From IMG/VR virus record IMGVR_UViG_3300028991_000008, positions 1 through 17,001 of that record: 17,001 bases of DNA; one strand, given 5' to 3'. Position 1 is the stretch's first letter, and every line of letters starts with the position of its first letter. Below are positions 7,532 through 16,403 of the stretch, one piece after another. This stretch comes from a virus. Its lineage: Duplodnaviria; Heunggongvirae; Uroviricota; Caudoviricetes. A program made the translations under genes and the position numbers. The notes under the pieces were generated by a model. The model was not told where the DNA came from. It did no database searches and was given only the letters and a program-made list of their open reading frames with translations.

Positions 7532-9026
7532 TCTTTCACACATTATTGCAGCAGCATTCAATGAACCGCTGCTTCTGGAGCCCGCCTATGCGCGGGTTTT
7601 CTTTTGCGCGCTCGGGCGTGAGATGGGGGCAGCAAGTCTTTCGGTACCACAACAGCAGGTACAGTTTGATGCTCCCGGAATGCTGGCTGAAACGGACGAG
7701 TACATGGCCGGAGGTAAACGACCGGCCCGTGTTTACAGGGTGGTGAACGGTATTGCTGTACTGCCGGTGACCGGCACGCTGGTGCACCGGCTGGGTGGTA
7801 TGCGGCCATTTTCCGGAATGACAGGCTATGACGGTATTGTCGCCTGTCTTCAGCAGGCAATGGCGGATAGCCAGGTGCGGGGCGTACTGCTGGACATTGA
7901 CAGTCCGGGCGGGCAGGCCGCCGGCGCGTTTGACTGCGCTGACATGATTTACCGCCTCCGTCAGCAGAAGCCGGTCTGGGCACTGTGCAATGACACGGCC
8001 TGTTCTGCAGCCATGCTGCTGGCGTCGGCCTGCTCCCGACGGCTGGTTACCCAGACATCCCGTATCGGTTCCATTGGCGTGATGATGAGCCATGTCAGCT
8101 ATGCCGGTCATCTGGCGCAGGCCGGTGTGGATATCACGCTGATTTACTCAGGGGCGCACAAGGTGGATGGCAATCAGTTTGAAGCGTTGCCGGCAGAGGT
8201 TCGCAAGGACATGCAGCAGCGGATTGATGCGGCGCGCCGGATGTTTGCCGAAAAAGTGGCGATGTTTACCGGTCTGTCTGTTGATGCAGTCACGGGAACA
8301 GAGGCCGCTGTTTTTGAAGGTCAGTCCGGCATTGAGGCCGGGCTGGCGGATGAATTAATCAATGCGTCGGATGCCATCAGTGTGATGGCCACGGCGCTGA
8401 ACAGTAATGTCAGAGGAGGCACTATGCCGCAATTAACTGCAACGGAAGCCGCCGCGCAGGAGAACCAGCGAGTGATGGGGATCCTGACATGCCAGGAAGC
8501 GAAAGGACGTGAACAGCTTGCCACGATGCTGGCAGGACAACAGGGCATGAGCGTTGAACAGGCCCGGGCGATTCTGGCCGCGGCGGCACCGCAGCAGCCG
8601 GTGGCATCCACGCAGAGTGAAGCCGATCGCATTATGGCGTGTGAAGAAGCGAACGGTCGTGAACAACTGGCGGCAACGCTGGCGGCGATGCCGGAGATGA
8701 CGGTGGAAAAAGCCCGCCCGATCCTGGCTGCTTCACCGCAGGCGGATGCCGGGCCCTCACTCCGTGATCAGATTATGGCCCTGGATGAGGCAAAAGGGGC
8801 TGAGGCGCAGGCTGAACAGCTGGCTGCCTGCCCGGGAATGACAGTGGAGAGCGCCCGGACTGTGCTGGCTGCGGGATCAGGTAAGGCAGAACCGGTTTCT
8901 GCATCAACAACCGCCCTGTTTGAACATTTCATGGCGAACCATTCACCGGCAGCGGTACAGGGTGGCGTGTCACAGACGTCGGCAGACGGTGATGCGGACG
9001 TGAAAATGCTCATGGCCATGCCATGA
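7521..9026 (+). CDS. C: Head maturation protease / scaffold protein gpC
   Basis: GTG start overlapping the B stop. The N-terminal and protease regions resemble lambda gpC (…FNEPLLLEPAYARVFFCAL…GMTGYDGIV…DIDSPGG…KVDGN…). The C-terminal part is a repeat-containing scaffold region. Confidence 0.9.
   Translation: MRRNLSHIIAAAFNEPLLLEPAYARVFFCALGREMGAASLSVPQQQVQFDAPGMLAETDEYMAGGKRPARVYRVVNGIAVLPVTGTLVHRLGGMRPFSGMTGYDGIVACLQQAMADSQVRGVLLDIDSPGGQAAGAFDCADMIYRLRQQKPVWALCNDTACSAAMLLASACSRRLVTQTSRIGSIGVMMSHVSYAGHLAQAGVDITLIYSGAHKVDGNQFEALPAEVRKDMQQRIDAARRMFAEKVAMFTGLSVDAVTGTEAAVFEGQSGIEAGLADELINASDAISVMATALNSNVRGGTMPQLTATEAAAQENQRVMGILTCQEAKGREQLATMLAGQQGMSVEQARAILAAAAPQQPVASTQSEADRIMACEEANGREQLAATLAAMPEMTVEKARPILAASPQADAGPSLRDQIMALDEAKGAEAQAEQLAACPGMTVESARTVLAAGSGKAEPVSASTTALFEHFMANHSPAAVQGGVSQTSADGDADVKMLMAMP
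8424..9026 (+). CDS. nu3: Nested in-frame scaffold protein (Nu3-like), sharing its C-terminus with gpC
   Basis: Internal in-frame ATG 8424 preceded by a strong GAGGAGG RBS (8413-8419). Lambda Nu3 is likewise encoded in-frame within the 3' part of C. Confidence 0.7.
   Translation: MPQLTATEAAAQENQRVMGILTCQEAKGREQLATMLAGQQGMSVEQARAILAAAAPQQPVASTQSEADRIMACEEANGREQLAATLAAMPEMTVEKARPILAASPQADAGPSLRDQIMALDEAKGAEAQAEQLAACPGMTVESARTVLAAGSGKAEPVSASTTALFEHFMANHSPAAVQGGVSQTSADGDADVKMLMAMP
8457..8890 (+). repeat. Three tandem protein-level repeats (~47-52 aa, period ~141-156 nt) in the C/Nu3 scaffold region
   Basis: QRVMGILTCQEAKGREQLATMLAGQQGMSVEQARAILAAAAPQ / DRIMACEEANGREQLAATLAAMPEMTVEKARPILAASPQ / DQIMALDEAKGAEAQAEQLAACPGMTVESARTVLAAGSG. 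The copies are diverged at DNA level. As far as I recall, lambda has a single clear copy. Confidence 0.8.
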
Positions 9027-9062
9027 AGCCAGTGCTGACCATCAATATGAGGTTTTTACAAT

Positions 9063-9410
9063 ATGGTAACGAAAACCATCACTGAACAACGTGCAGAAGT
9101 ACGTATTTTTGCCGGTAATGATCCGGCTCATACCGCCACAGGCAGCAGCGGGATTTCTCAGGCAACACCGGCACTGACGCCCCTGATGCTGGATGAAGCC
9201 AGCGGGAAACTGGTGGTCTGGGACGGACAGAAAGCCGGTAGTGCGGTTGGCATACTGGTACTGCCGCTTGAAGGCACAGAGACGGTGCTGACGTATTACA
9301 AGTCGGGGACCTTTGCGACGGAGGCAGTCCGCTGGCCTGAAAGTGTGGATGAACACAAAAAGGCCAACGCCTTTGTCGGCACAGCCCTGAGTCACGCGGC
9401 GCTGCCATAA
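9063..9410 (+). CDS. D: Head decoration protein gpD
   Basis: …NDPAHTATGSSG…TPLMLDEASGKLVVWDG…GILV…TYYKSGTF…AFVGTA… resembles lambda gpD. Confidence 0.93.
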   Translation: MVTKTITEQRAEVRIFAGNDPAHTATGSSGISQATPALTPLMLDEASGKLVVWDGQKAGSAVGILVLPLEGTETVLTYYKSGTFATEAVRWPESVDEHKKANAFVGTALSHAALP

Positions 9411-9417
9411 CACGTTA

Positions 9418-9439
9418 TCAGGCCACCGCGTTGGCCTGA
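9418..9439 (+). other. Perfect 8-bp stem-loop (TCAGGCCA-ccgcgt-TGGCCTGA) in the D-E intergenic region
   Basis: Inverted repeat read directly from the sequence. No following T-run, so it is more likely an RNA stability or processing element than a terminator. Confidence 0.5.
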
Positions 9440-9467
9440 CTGATTTCTGAATGAAAGGAACTGATTT

Positions 9468-10496
9468 ATGGGATTGTTTACGACCCGCCAGTTACTCGGT
9501 TATACCGAACAAAAAGTGAAATTTCGTGCGCTGTTTCTGGAGCTGTTTTTCCGCCGTACGGTGAATTTCCACACCGAAGAGGTGATGCTGGATAAAATTA
9601 CCGGAAAAACGCCGGTGGCAGCCTATGTCTCCCCGGTTGTTGAAGGAAAAGTGCTGCGTCATCGTGGTGGTGAAACCCGCGTGTTGCGTCCGGGCTACGT
9701 CAAGCCGAAACACGAATTTAATTACCAGCAGGCGGTGGAGCGCCTTCCCGGTGAAGATCCGGCGCAGCTGAACGACCCGGCCTACCGTCGTCTGCGTATC
9801 ATCACCGATAACCTCAAACAGGAAGAGCACGCCATTGTCCAGGTGGAAGAAATGCAGGCGGTGAATGCCGTTCTGTATGGCAAATACACCATGGAAGGGG
9901 AGCAGTTCGAGAAAATTGAGGTTGATTTTGGCAGATCGACGAAGAATAACATCATACAGGGTAGCGGTAAGGAGTGGTCAAAACAGGACCGTGACACGTT
10001 CGACCCGACATATGATATCGACCTTTTCTGTGATCAGGCCAGCGGTCTTGTGAATATTGCCATCATGGACGGTACCGTCTGGCGTCTGCTGAATGGCTTT
10101 AAGCTGTTCCGCGAAAAACTGGATACCCGTCGCGGCTCAAATTCACAACTCGAAACGGCAGTGAAAGACCTGGGGTCGGTGGTGTCTTTCAAGGGGTATT
10201 ACGGTGATCTGGCCATTGTGGTGGCGAAAACATCTTATGTGGCAGAGGACGGTACCGAAAAACGTTATCTGCCGGAGGGCACACTGGTCCTGGGAAATAC
10301 GGCTGCTGAGGGCATCCGTTGCTATGGTGCCATTCAGGATGCGCAGGCGTTGTCCGAAGGTGTGGTGGCCTCTTCCCGTTATCCGAAACACTGGATGACC
10401 GTGGGCGATCCGGCCCGTGAATTCACCATGACGCAGTCCGCACCGCTGATGGTGCTGCCGGATCCGGATGAGTTTGTGGTGGTACAGGTGAAATAA
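9468..10496 (+). CDS. E: Major capsid protein gpE
   Basis: Extensive similarity to lambda gpE across the length (…PGYVKPKHE…EEMQAV.AVL.GKYTM.GE…KLDTRRGSNS.LETAVKDLG…GDPAREFTM.QSAPLM.L.DPDEFV.VQ…). Confidence 0.95.
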   Translation: MGLFTTRQLLGYTEQKVKFRALFLELFFRRTVNFHTEEVMLDKITGKTPVAAYVSPVVEGKVLRHRGGETRVLRPGYVKPKHEFNYQQAVERLPGEDPAQLNDPAYRRLRIITDNLKQEEHAIVQVEEMQAVNAVLYGKYTMEGEQFEKIEVDFGRSTKNNIIQGSGKEWSKQDRDTFDPTYDIDLFCDQASGLVNIAIMDGTVWRLLNGFKLFREKLDTRRGSNSQLETAVKDLGSVVSFKGYYGDLAIVVAKTSYVAEDGTEKRYLPEGTLVLGNTAAEGIRCYGAIQDAQALSEGVVASSRYPKHWMTVGDPAREFTMTQSAPLMVLPDPDEFVVVQVK

Positions 10497-10504
10497 TCCG
10501 TGAG

Positions 10505-10533
10505 CGGGGGCGAAATGCCCCCGTGTCTTTTTT
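10505..10533 (+). terminator. Intrinsic terminator-like hairpin between E and FI
   Basis: 7-bp GC stem CGGGGGC-gaaat-GCCCCCG followed by a T-rich run (gtgtcTTTTTTc), 9 nt after the E stop. Confidence 0.6.
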
Positions 10534-10548
10534 CACAGGGGGCTGGAT

Positions 10549-10917
10549 ATGGCAACAAAAGAAGAAAATCAGAAACGTCTTCGTGAACTGGCTGGCCTGC
10601 TGGGGCGCGAGGCGGATATGTCGGGGAGTGCAGCGGATATCGCACAGCGTGTGGCAGAGTGGGAAGAGGAGGTTTGCGCATCGGAAAATGAAATCGCAGA
10701 TGTTGATGATACCGTTTATGAGCAGGCATACAGGAACACCGGTGAGGATGCTTTCGGTATTCTGGAACGTATCAGGCTTCTGAAGTGTTTTTACCTGTGC
10801 GGTGTTGACGATGAAACAGGTGAGCCTGTTGAGCATGTTGATGCTGGCAGAGTAATTCTGATGCCCCCCTCAGTGGCAAAAGACATGGTCAAGAGTGGAA
10901 TGGCCGTTTATGCGTGA
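10549..10917 (+). CDS. FI: DNA packaging / head completion protein FI-like
   Basis: 122-aa acidic protein in the FI position between E and FII, with AGGGGG RBS. Only weak N-terminal resemblance to lambda FI, so the call rests mainly on synteny. Confidence 0.75.
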   Translation: MATKEENQKRLRELAGLLGREADMSGSAADIAQRVAEWEEEVCASENEIADVDDTVYEQAYRNTGEDAFGILERIRLLKCFYLCGVDDETGEPVEHVDAGRVILMPPSVAKDMVKSGMAVYA

Positions 10918-11263
10918 TTTTCAGAATGCCTTCGATGCAGCCCTCGCCGGGGTGGACAGCACGATTGTTGAAGTGATGGGACTCTGTGCGCAGTTCACCT
11001 CGGGGGCACAGCGTGGCGGCGAAGTTCAGGGGGTTTTTGACGATCCGGAGTCGCTGGGTTTTGCCGGTGGCGGGGTCCGTATTGAAGGAAGCAGCCCGTC
11101 ATTATTTGTGCGGACGGATACGGTGCGTGCCGTGCGGCGCGGTGACACGCTGACCATTAACGGCGAGATGTTCTGGGTGGATCGTGTTTCTCCGGATGAC
11201 GGGGGCAGCTGTTATCTCTGGCTCAACCGTGGGCAACCACCCGCTGTTAACCGGCGACGATAA
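10910..11263 (+). CDS. FII: Head-tail connector protein FII
   Basis: MRDFQNAFDAA…GVFDDPES…GVRIEGSSPSLFVRTD.VR..RRGDTLTI…FWVDRVSPDDGGSC.LWL.RG.PPAVNRRR resembles lambda gpFII. ATG 10910 chosen over upstream GTG 10895 by homology. Confidence 0.9.
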   Translation: MRDFQNAFDAALAGVDSTIVEVMGLCAQFTSGAQRGGEVQGVFDDPESLGFAGGGVRIEGSSPSLFVRTDTVRAVRRGDTLTINGEMFWVDRVSPDDGGSCYLWLNRGQPPAVNRRR

Positions 11264-11278
11264 ACGCAGGGTGAAATT

Positions 11279-11788
11279 ATGGCGATAAAAGGGCTTGATC
11301 AGGCGATTGATAATCTGAGCCGGGTTCGTAAAAACGCCATTCCGGCGGCTTCAGCAATGGCCATTAACCGCGTGGCCACAACGGCGATTAATCAGTCTTC
11401 GTCACAGGTTGCCCGGGAAACCAGGGTGAGCCGGAAACTGGTAAAGGAACGGTCCAGACTGAAACGGGCGACGGTCAGAAATCCGAATGCCAGAATTATC
11501 GTTAACCGCGGTGATCTCCCTGTGATTAAGCTGGGGATCAGGATGCTGGGCCGTCGTCCGAACAGCATACTTAAAGCTGGTCAGCATCGGTATCAGCGGG
11601 CATTTATTCAGCGATTAAAAAATGGTCGCTGGCATGTCATGCAGCGTGAGGCCGGGAAAAAACGTTACCCCATTGATGTGGTGAAAATCCCGATGGCGGC
11701 CCCACTGAAACAGGCGTTTGATGAAAACGTTGACCGTATCCGTCGTGAACGCCTGCCCAAAGAACTGGCATATGCGCTGAAACAATAA
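11279..11788 (+). CDS. Z: Tail completion protein gpZ
   Basis: MAIKGL.QA..NLSR…AMAINRVA…SQVARET.V.RKLVKER.RLKRATV.NP.ARI.VNRGDLPVIKLG… resembles lambda gpZ. Confidence 0.93.
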   Translation: MAIKGLDQAIDNLSRVRKNAIPAASAMAINRVATTAINQSSSQVARETRVSRKLVKERSRLKRATVRNPNARIIVNRGDLPVIKLGIRMLGRRPNSILKAGQHRYQRAFIQRLKNGRWHVMQREAGKKRYPIDVVKIPMAAPLKQAFDENVDRIRRERLPKELAYALKQ

Positions 11789-11808
11789 CTGAGGATTGCG
11801 ATAAAACG

Positions 11809-12204
11809 ATGAAACATACTGATATCCGTGCAGCCGTACTGGATGCACTGGAGAAGCATGACACCGGGGCGACGCTGTTTGATGGTCGCCCCGCTGTTTT
11901 TGAGGAGGCGGATTTTCCGGTGGTCGCGGTTTATCTGACGGATGCAGAGTATACCGGTGAAGAGCTGGATGCTGATACCTGGCGGGCCACACTGCATATT
12001 GAAGTTTTCCTGCCTGCTCAGGTGCCGGATTCAGAGCTGGATTCGTGGATGGAGTCCCGGATTTATCCGGCGATGTCCGCGATCCCTGCACTGGCAGGGA
12101 TGATTACCACGATGGTTCAGCAGGGCTATGACTATCGTCGTGATGACGATATGGCGTTATGGAGCTCTGCAGATTTGACTTATACCATTACATACGAGAT
12201 GTGA
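11809..12204 (+). CDS. U: Tail terminator protein gpU
   Basis: [50 protein letters not shown]… is near-identical to lambda gpU. Confidence 0.95.
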   Translation: MKHTDIRAAVLDALEKHDTGATLFDGRPAVFEEADFPVVAVYLTDAEYTGEELDADTWRATLHIEVFLPAQVPDSELDSWMESRIYPAMSAIPALAGMITTMVQQGYDYRRDDDMALWSSADLTYTITYEM

Positions 12205-12211
12205 GGACGAT

Positions 12212-12964
12212 ATGCCAACACCAAATCCCCTGGAGCCGGTAAAAGGTGCCGGTACCACTCTGTGGGTTTACACCGGCAAGGGTGATGCTTATGCAAACCC
12301 GTTGTCAGATGATGACTGGCAGCGACTGGCTAAGGTGAAGGATCTGACGCCGGGCGAGATGACGGCAGAATCCTACGATGATAACTACCTGGATGATGAA
12401 GACGCGGACTGGAGCGCGACCGGGCAGGGACAGAAATCTGCAGGTGATACCAGTTTTACACTGGCCTGGAAACCGGGAGAGGAAGGTCAGAAAGGGCTTA
12501 TAGGCTGGTTTGAAAGCGGCGATGTCCGGGCCTATAAAATCCGTTTTCCGAATGGCACGGTGGATGTGTTTCGTGGCTGGATCAGCAGTATCGGTAAGGC
12601 AGTGACGGCGAAAGAAGTGATCACCCGAACAGTGAAAGTGACCAACGTGGGCAAACCTTCCGTGGCGGAAGAACGCAGCGAAATTACGCCAGCCACTGCA
12701 ATTAAGGTGACACCGACATCCGGTACCGTGGAAAAAGGAAAAACAACCACCCTGACTGTTTCTTTTGAGCCGGAAAGTGCAACCGACAAGACGTTCAGAG
12801 CGGTTTCCGCCGATCCGTCAACGGGAACCATTGCTGTGAAAGATATGGTGATCACTGTGACGGGGGTTAAGGCTGGAAAAGTGAGTATCCCCGTGATTTC
12901 CGGTAATGGTCAGTTTGCCACGGTAGCTGAAGTCACCGTTACTGAAGCGGGCGCTGCAGGGTAA
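12212..12964 (+). CDS. V: Major tail tube protein gpV with a C-terminal Ig-like domain
   Basis: [57 protein letters not shown]…, close to lambda gpV, including the C-terminal Ig-like region. Confidence 0.95.
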   Translation: MPTPNPLEPVKGAGTTLWVYTGKGDAYANPLSDDDWQRLAKVKDLTPGEMTAESYDDNYLDDEDADWSATGQGQKSAGDTSFTLAWKPGEEGQKGLIGWFESGDVRAYKIRFPNGTVDVFRGWISSIGKAVTAKEVITRTVKVTNVGKPSVAEERSEITPATAIKVTPTSGTVEKGKTTTLTVSFEPESATDKTFRAVSADPSTGTIAVKDMVITVTGVKAGKVSIPVISGNGQFATVAEVTVTEAGAAG

Positions 12965-12977
12965 ACGGAGGTCATAC

Positions 12978-13409
12978 ATGTTTCTGAAAACAGAACAATT
13001 TGAATATAACGGTGTGTCTGTCACGCTTTCTGAGCTGTCTGCGCTGCAGCGTATTGAGCATCTTGCCCTCCTGAAACGGCGGACAGAAGAGGCGGAAGCC
13101 AGCGGCAACCTGCAGGTAAGCGTGGAAGATCTCGTCAGAACCGGCGCGTTTCTGGTGGCGATGTCCCTGTGGCATAACCATCCGCAGAAAACGGGGTCAC
13201 CGTCAATGAATGAGGCCGTGATGCAGATTGAGCAGGAAGTCCTGACCACCTGGCCTGCTGATGCCATTGCCCGGGCGGAAGATGTGGTGTTGCGTCTGTC
13301 CGGGATGAGCGGGCCTGTTCATGCGGATACTGATATTACCGAAGTGGCGAAAAATAGCGCGCTGACTGATGATGATTTTTCTGCGGGAAAGTCTTCGACG
13401 GCGAGCTGA
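12978..13409 (+). CDS. G: Tail assembly chaperone gpG
   Basis: MFLKTE.FE.NGV.VTLSELSALQRIEHLAL.KR…GAFLVAMSLWHNHPQKT..PSMNEAV.QIEQEVLTTWP… resembles lambda gpG. Confidence 0.95.
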   Translation: MFLKTEQFEYNGVSVTLSELSALQRIEHLALLKRRTEEAEASGNLQVSVEDLVRTGAFLVAMSLWHNHPQKTGSPSMNEAVMQIEQEVLTTWPADAIARAEDVVLRLSGMSGPVHADTDITEVAKNSALTDDDFSAGKSSTAS

Positions 13410-13849
13410 ATTTTGCCCTCAGACTGGCGCGTGAGATGGGGAGGCCTGACTGGCGCGCCATGCTTGCCGGGATGACATCCACCGAATATGCCGACTGGCG
13501 ACGTTTTTACCGCACGCATTATTTTCACGATACCCAACTGGATATGCATTTTTCCGGGCTGACATACGCCGTACTCAGCCTGTTTTTTTGCGATCCGGAT
13601 ATGCATCCCTCGGATTTCAGTCTGCTGGCTCCCCGGAGAGAGGAAGAGCAGACGGAGATGCCGGATGAGGAAGACATGCTGATGCAGAAAGCGGCAGGAC
13701 TTGCCGGAGGCGTCCGGTTCTGTGGGGTGGGAGGGGATGATATTTCACCTTCTGCGGATGTGGTGGATGTCAGCGAAGATGATGTTGCATTAATGATGGC
13801 TTCAGCGGGGATTTCCGGAGGTGTGAGATATGTCCCAGCCGGTTGGTGA
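12978..13849 (+). CDS. T: Tail assembly chaperone gpGT fusion made by -1 frameshift at 13385-13391 (T-region 13391-13849)
   Basis: The -1 frame after the slippery site reads …LNFALRLAREMGRPDWRAMLAGM.STEYADW.RFY…FSGLTY..LSLFF.DPDMHP.DFSLL…, which resembles the lambda gpT region. There is no independent start with an RBS at the head of the T frame. Confidence 0.85.
13385..13391 (+). promoter_or_regulatory. Programmed -1 ribosomal frameshift slippery heptamer G GGA AAG (G to G-T fusion)
   Basis: GGGAAAG lies in X XXY YYZ register relative to the G frame, 6 codons before the G stop. The -1 frame is open from here to 13849 and encodes gpT-like sequence. Confidence 0.85.
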
Positions 13850-16403
13850 TCTTGTTATTGACCTGAGTCTGGATGCGGTCCGTTTCGATGAGCAGATGAG
13901 CCGGGTAAGGCGTCATTTTTCAGGGCTGGAGACTGACGCCAGAAAAACCGCCAGTGCTGTTGAGCAGGGGCTGAGCCGCCAGGCGCTGGCTGCACAAAAA
14001 GCCGGGATTTCCGTCGGGCAGTATAAACAGGCCATGCGTACGCTACCCATGCAGTTCACCGACGTGGCCACGCAGCTTGCCGGTGGTCAGAATCCCTGGC
14101 TGATCCTGCTGCAACAGGGCGGTCAGGTGAAGGACTCCTTCGGCGGGATGATCCCCATGTTCAGGGGGCTTGCCGGAGCGATCACCCTGCCGATGTTCGG
14201 GGTCACCTCGCTGGCGGTGGCGACAGGTGCGTTGGCGTATGCCTGGTACCGGGGAGACGCCACGCTTTCAGAATTTAATAAAACGCTGGTCCTTTCCGGC
14301 AATCAGTCCGGACTGACTGCCGATCGCATGCTGACGCTCTCCAGAGCCGGACAGGCAGCGGGGCTGACGTTTAACCAGGCGAGTGATTCACTGGCAGCCC
14401 TGGTGAATGCCGGTGTGCGTGGTGGTGAACAGTTTGATGCCATCAACCAGAGTGTCGCGCGTTTTGCTTCTGCATCCGGTGTGGAAGTGGACAAGGTCGC
14501 TGAAGCCTTCGGGAAGCTGACCACAGACCCGACGTCGGGACTGATGGCGATGGCACGCCAGTTCCGTAACGTGACGGCGGAGCAGATTGCGTATGTTGCT
14601 CAGTTGCAGCGTTCCGGAGATGAAGCCGGGGCATTGCAGGCGGCGAACGATATCGCCACGAAAGGCTTTGATGAGCAGACCCGTCGCCTGAAAGAAAACA
14701 TGGGGACGCTGGAAACCTGGGCGGATAAAACAGGGAAGGCGTTCAAATCGATGTGGGATGCCATTCTGGATATTGGTCGTCCGGAATCCTCAGCGGATAT
14801 GCTTGCCAGTGCGCAGAAGGCATTCGATGAGGCGGATAAAAAATGGCAGTGGTACCAGAGCCGGAGCCAGCGCCGGGGAAAGACCTCCTCTTTCCGTGCC
14901 AACCTTCAGGGGGCATGGGATGACCGTGAAAATGCCCGTCTGAGTCTGGCAGCGGCAACGCTGCAGTCGGATATGGAAAAAGCCGGTGAACTGGCGGCAA
15001 GGGATAAGGCTGAGCGTGACGCGTCACAGCTGAAGTATACCGGAGAGGCACAGAAGGCGTATGAACGGATGCTGTCGCCGCTGGATAAATATACCGCCCG
15101 CCAGAAGGAGCTGAATCAGGCCCTGAAAGACGGGAAAATCCTGCAGGCGGATTACAACACGCTGATGGCGTCGGCAAAAAAGGATTATGAGTCGACGCAG
15201 AAAAAGCCGTCCGGTGTGAAGGTGTCTGCCGGTGAGCGCCAGGAAGACCGGGCACATGCAGCCCTGCTGGCGCTTGAAACCGAGCTCAGGACGCTGGAGA
15301 AGCACAGCGGTGCGAATGAGAAAATCAGCCAGCAGCGCCGTGATTTATGGAAAGCGGAAAATCAGTATGCGGTCCTGAAAGAGGCCGCCACGAAACGCCA
15401 GTTATCTGAGCAGGAAAAATCCCTGCTGGCCCATGAGCAAGAGACGCTTGAGTACAAACGCCAGCTGGCTGAGCTGGGCGACAAGGTGGAGCACCAGAAA
15501 CGGCTGAATGAGCTGGCAAATCAGGCTGCGCGGTTTGAACAGCAGCAGAGTGCGAAGCAGGCTGCAATCAGCGCAAAAGCCCGGGGGCTGACGGACCGTC
15601 AGGCACAGCGGGAGTCGGAATCGCAGCGTCTTCGTGACGTGTATGGTGATAATCCGGATGCGCTGGCGAAGGCCACATCTGCACTGAAGAACACCTGGTC
15701 TGCGGAGGAGCAGCTTCGTGGAAGCTGGATGGCCGGGCTGAAGTCCGGCTGGGGCGAGTGGGCGGAAAGTGCGACGGACAGTTTTTCGCAGGTCAGGAGT
15801 GCAGCCACGCAGACCTTTGACGGTATTGCACAGAATATGGCGGCAATGCTGACCGGCAGTGAGCAGGACTGGCGAGGTTTCACCCGTTCGGTGCTCTCCA
15901 TGCTGACAGAGATTTTTCTGAAGCAGGCCATGGTGGGGATTGTCGGGAGTATCGGCAGCGCCATGGGGGGTGCTTTCGGTGGTGGGGCGTCTGCCTCCAC
16001 GGGGACGGCCATTCAGGCTGCGGCGGCGAACTTCCATTTCGCGACCGGGGGATTTACGGGGACGGGGGGCAAATATGAACCTGCGGGGATTGTTCACCGC
16101 GGGGAGTTTGTCTTCACGAAGGAGGCAACCAGCCGGATTGGTGTCGGCAACCTGTACCGCCTGATGCGTGGCTATGCGGAAGGTGGTTATGTTGGCGGTG
16201 CCGGAAGTCCGGCGCAGATGCGGCGGACGGAAGGCATTAATTTTAATCAGAACAATCACGTGGTGATTCAGAACGACGGCCCCAACGGGCAGGCAGGGCC
16301 GCAGCTGATGAAAGCGGTGTATGACATGGCCCGCAAGGGGGCGCAGGATGAGATTCAGGCGCAGATGCGTGATGGCGGCGTCTTTTCCGGAGGCAGGCGA
16401 TGA
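13830..16403 (+). CDS. H: Tail tape measure protein gpH
   Basis: 857 aa with extensive identity to lambda gpH (M..PVGDLV.DLSLDA.RFDEQM.RVRRHFSG…QAMVGIVGSIGSA.GGA.GGGASAS.GTAIQAAAA.FHFATGGFTGTGGKYEPAGIVHRGEFVFTKEATSRIGVGNLYRLMRGYA…). Confidence 0.97.
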   Translation: MSQPVGDLVIDLSLDAVRFDEQMSRVRRHFSGLETDARKTASAVEQGLSRQALAAQKAGISVGQYKQAMRTLPMQFTDVATQLAGGQNPWLILLQQGGQVKDSFGGMIPMFRGLAGAITLPMFGVTSLAVATGALAYAWYRGDATLSEFNKTLVLSGNQSGLTADRMLTLSRAGQAAGLTFNQASDSLAALVNAGVRGGEQFDAINQSVARFASASGVEVDKVAEAFGKLTTDPTSGLMAMARQFRNVTAEQIAYVAQLQRSGDEAGALQAANDIATKGFDEQTRRLKENMGTLETWADKTGKAFKSMWDAILDIGRPESSADMLASAQKAFDEADKKWQWYQSRSQRRGKTSSFRANLQGAWDDRENARLSLAAATLQSDMEKAGELAARDKAERDASQLKYTGEAQKAYERMLSPLDKYTARQKELNQALKDGKILQADYNTLMASAKKDYESTQKKPSGVKVSAGERQEDRAHAALLALETELRTLEKHSGANEKISQQRRDLWKAENQYAVLKEAATKRQLSEQEKSLLAHEQETLEYKRQLAELGDKVEHQKRLNELANQAARFEQQQSAKQAAISAKARGLTDRQAQRESESQRLRDVYGDNPDALAKATSALKNTWSAEEQLRGSWMAGLKSGWGEWAESATDSFSQVRSAATQTFDGIAQNMAAMLTGSEQDWRGFTRSVLSMLTEIFLKQAMVGIVGSIGSAMGGAFGGGASASTGTAIQAAAANFHFATGGFTGTGGKYEPAGIVHRGEFVFTKEATSRIGVGNLYRLMRGYAEGGYVGGAGSPAQMRRTEGINFNQNNHVVIQNDGPNGQAGPQLMKAVYDMARKGAQDEIQAQMRDGGVFSGGRR

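Noticed and set aside
7536-8111. 191-aa and 141-aa minus-strand ORFs
   Set aside because: They are antisense to gpC, whose plus-strand frame has clear protease and scaffold homology.
10895-11263. FII start at GTG 10895
   Set aside because: ATG 10910 (MRDFQNAFDAA) matches the lambda FII N-terminus (MADFDNLFDAA). The GTG start would add five unsupported residues.
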